The position numbers and the translations under genes were made by a program. Below the pieces are notes generated by a model. That model ran no database searches. It saw only the letters and a list, made by a program, of their open reading frames with translations, and was not told where the DNA came from. A stretch of DNA of 63,870 bases, filler included, from Octopus bimaculoides (Eukaryota), in the NCBI RefSeq assembly GCF_001194135.2. It is 6 parts of 6 records of this genome, joined end to end, with 100 filler letters (N's around TTAATTAATTAA, not from the genome) between each part and the next. Parts side by side here need not be neighbours in the genome. Positions count along the whole stretch, not along the records: positions 62,153 to 63,870 come from NW_026376210.1; 5 more parts are not named here. One strand, 5' to 3'. Positions 62,406-63,870 of the stretch are shown here, one piece after another. Each line of letters opens with the position of its first letter. Position 1 is the stretch's first letter.

Positions 62406-63054
62406 AGGGGGAAGAGGACTTATTGGATACGAACACAGCATTAGAGCAGAAGAAAACAACATAGCATGGTATGTAAAAATTTCCACAAAACTGCTTTTAT
62501 TAGAATTAGGAAGGTAAACTTTCTTCACGGTGAATTGATGTTGACGAACTTACCAGTGATCCCTCATCATAACTGTTGAAGTCCGACGCATTCTGTACTT
62601 ACCAATGACAATCCTGATAGTTTCGGTCCCAAAAGCAAACTGAAAATCGACCAAGTTTCTACTCCATATGAATCGACTCGGATTGACGTATCAAGGATCC
62701 CGAAGGGGTCAGAGATCTATACAAATGACAGATGAATAAATGTCTAACGTCCTATCAAACGCACTCGACGATAACAATGAGATGTGTTGGCGTAAATGTT
62801 GCCTTTTTCGCATTAAGGATGCCTAAACGACCTTAGAGAGAGAGGGGGGGGCGGAGAGCTCTGTAGCTGTGGAAGTGGCAACTTTAGCATAATTACCAAA
62901 CATAATCAATAATTATGTCACCACCAGAGTTTTCATCAGCAGGTTTATAAAAAAAATAACTGTAAACTAGAAATGTCATGCATGAGAGACCACCTATGGT
63001 GGGGGTGTAAGATGTTGGATGTGAGAGGGTTAGTTCAATAGACAAGTAGAACAA

Positions 63055-63215
63055 CATACTACTACTACTACTACTACTTCTAATGCTGCTGTTGCTACTA
63101 CTACTAGTGCCACTACCATCAGTACTACAACTATTACTACTACCACCACCACTACTACAGCTACCACCACCACCACCCGTACTACTACTTCCACCACCAA
63201 TGCTGCTGCTGCTGG

Positions 63216-63274
<59 letters not shown>

Positions 63275-63275
63275 T
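63055..63275. repeat. (CTA)n/(CCA)n microsatellite
   Basis: Direct reading. Confidence 0.9.
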
Positions 63276-63870
63276 AAACAGCGATAACAGCGAGAAAAAG
63301 AATATGACAGCGGTATTCCGTCTGGTATTACATAAATGTCGGGAGATTTCGGTATTTGAACATGAATCTAATTACTAATTAATGAAAAACTATTAATTAG
63401 ATCTAGTATGGGGTGAGGAATTAGCCAAATTAGATTACGACAACGTCAGAGGATCGATGCAAAAGAAGAAGAAGAAGAAAAAAAACAGAAAAAAGAAACA
63501 AACTAAACTGGGAAAAAAGAAGAAATAAAGAGAGAGAAAGAAAGAAAGAAAGAAAGACAGAAAGAGAAAGAAAGACAGAAAGAGAAAGAAAGAAAGAGAA
63601 AGAAAGAGAGAGAGAAAGAAAGAAAGGAAGAGGGTAAGAGAGAGAGAAAGTAGAGAGAAAAAAAGAAAGAAAGAGTTCAAAATGCAACAAGATTTTGAAA
63701 CTTGAGTTTGGCTGTACACACACATACACACATACACACACAGAGACACACACACATACACACATACACACACAGAGACACACACACATATATATAGATA
63801 AAACCTACTTGGAAGAGGAAGCGTGGCGTTCAATCATATAATATAGATAATATATGTATATGCATGTATA

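Overview
AT-rich, microsatellite- and transposon-dense animal genomic DNA from a gapped draft assembly. It is most likely an octopus (inferred from the SINE/RTE/mariner landscape and microsatellite load, not proven). The one host gene I can support is a 14-exon, in-frame stretch (42365-58902, + strand, 2253 nt, about 750 codons, all GT-AG) of an axonemal dynein heavy chain, recognisable as DNAH2 (tail, DHC_N1 end to DHC_N2). Its 5' and 3' exons are not visible. The rest is mostly repeats: GIY-YIG Penelope-like elements (PLEs) of two types, one Naiad-like; RTE LINEs; an R4/Dong-type endonuclease fragment in (AAT)n; several mariner/Tc1 elements, including a full-length Hsmar1-like copy nested in a SINE; hAT, pogo and piggyBac-like MITEs; and three SINE families. 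The most interesting signal is a set of minimal type-I hammerhead ribozyme motifs of unrelated sequence. Three keep the CUGAUGA/GAAA/GUC core (28805+, 17191-, 24094-), and one PLE family carries a variant CUG(U/C)UGA core. Also notable are a 1.8-kb foldback with about 480-bp arms, a nested 390-bp palindrome, and a CpG-decay domain bounded by two scaffold junctions. Five 100-nt gaps contain an artificial TTAATTAATTAA linker, so order across them is unverified. TE family names come from recalled motifs, not database searches, and repeat boundaries are approximate.
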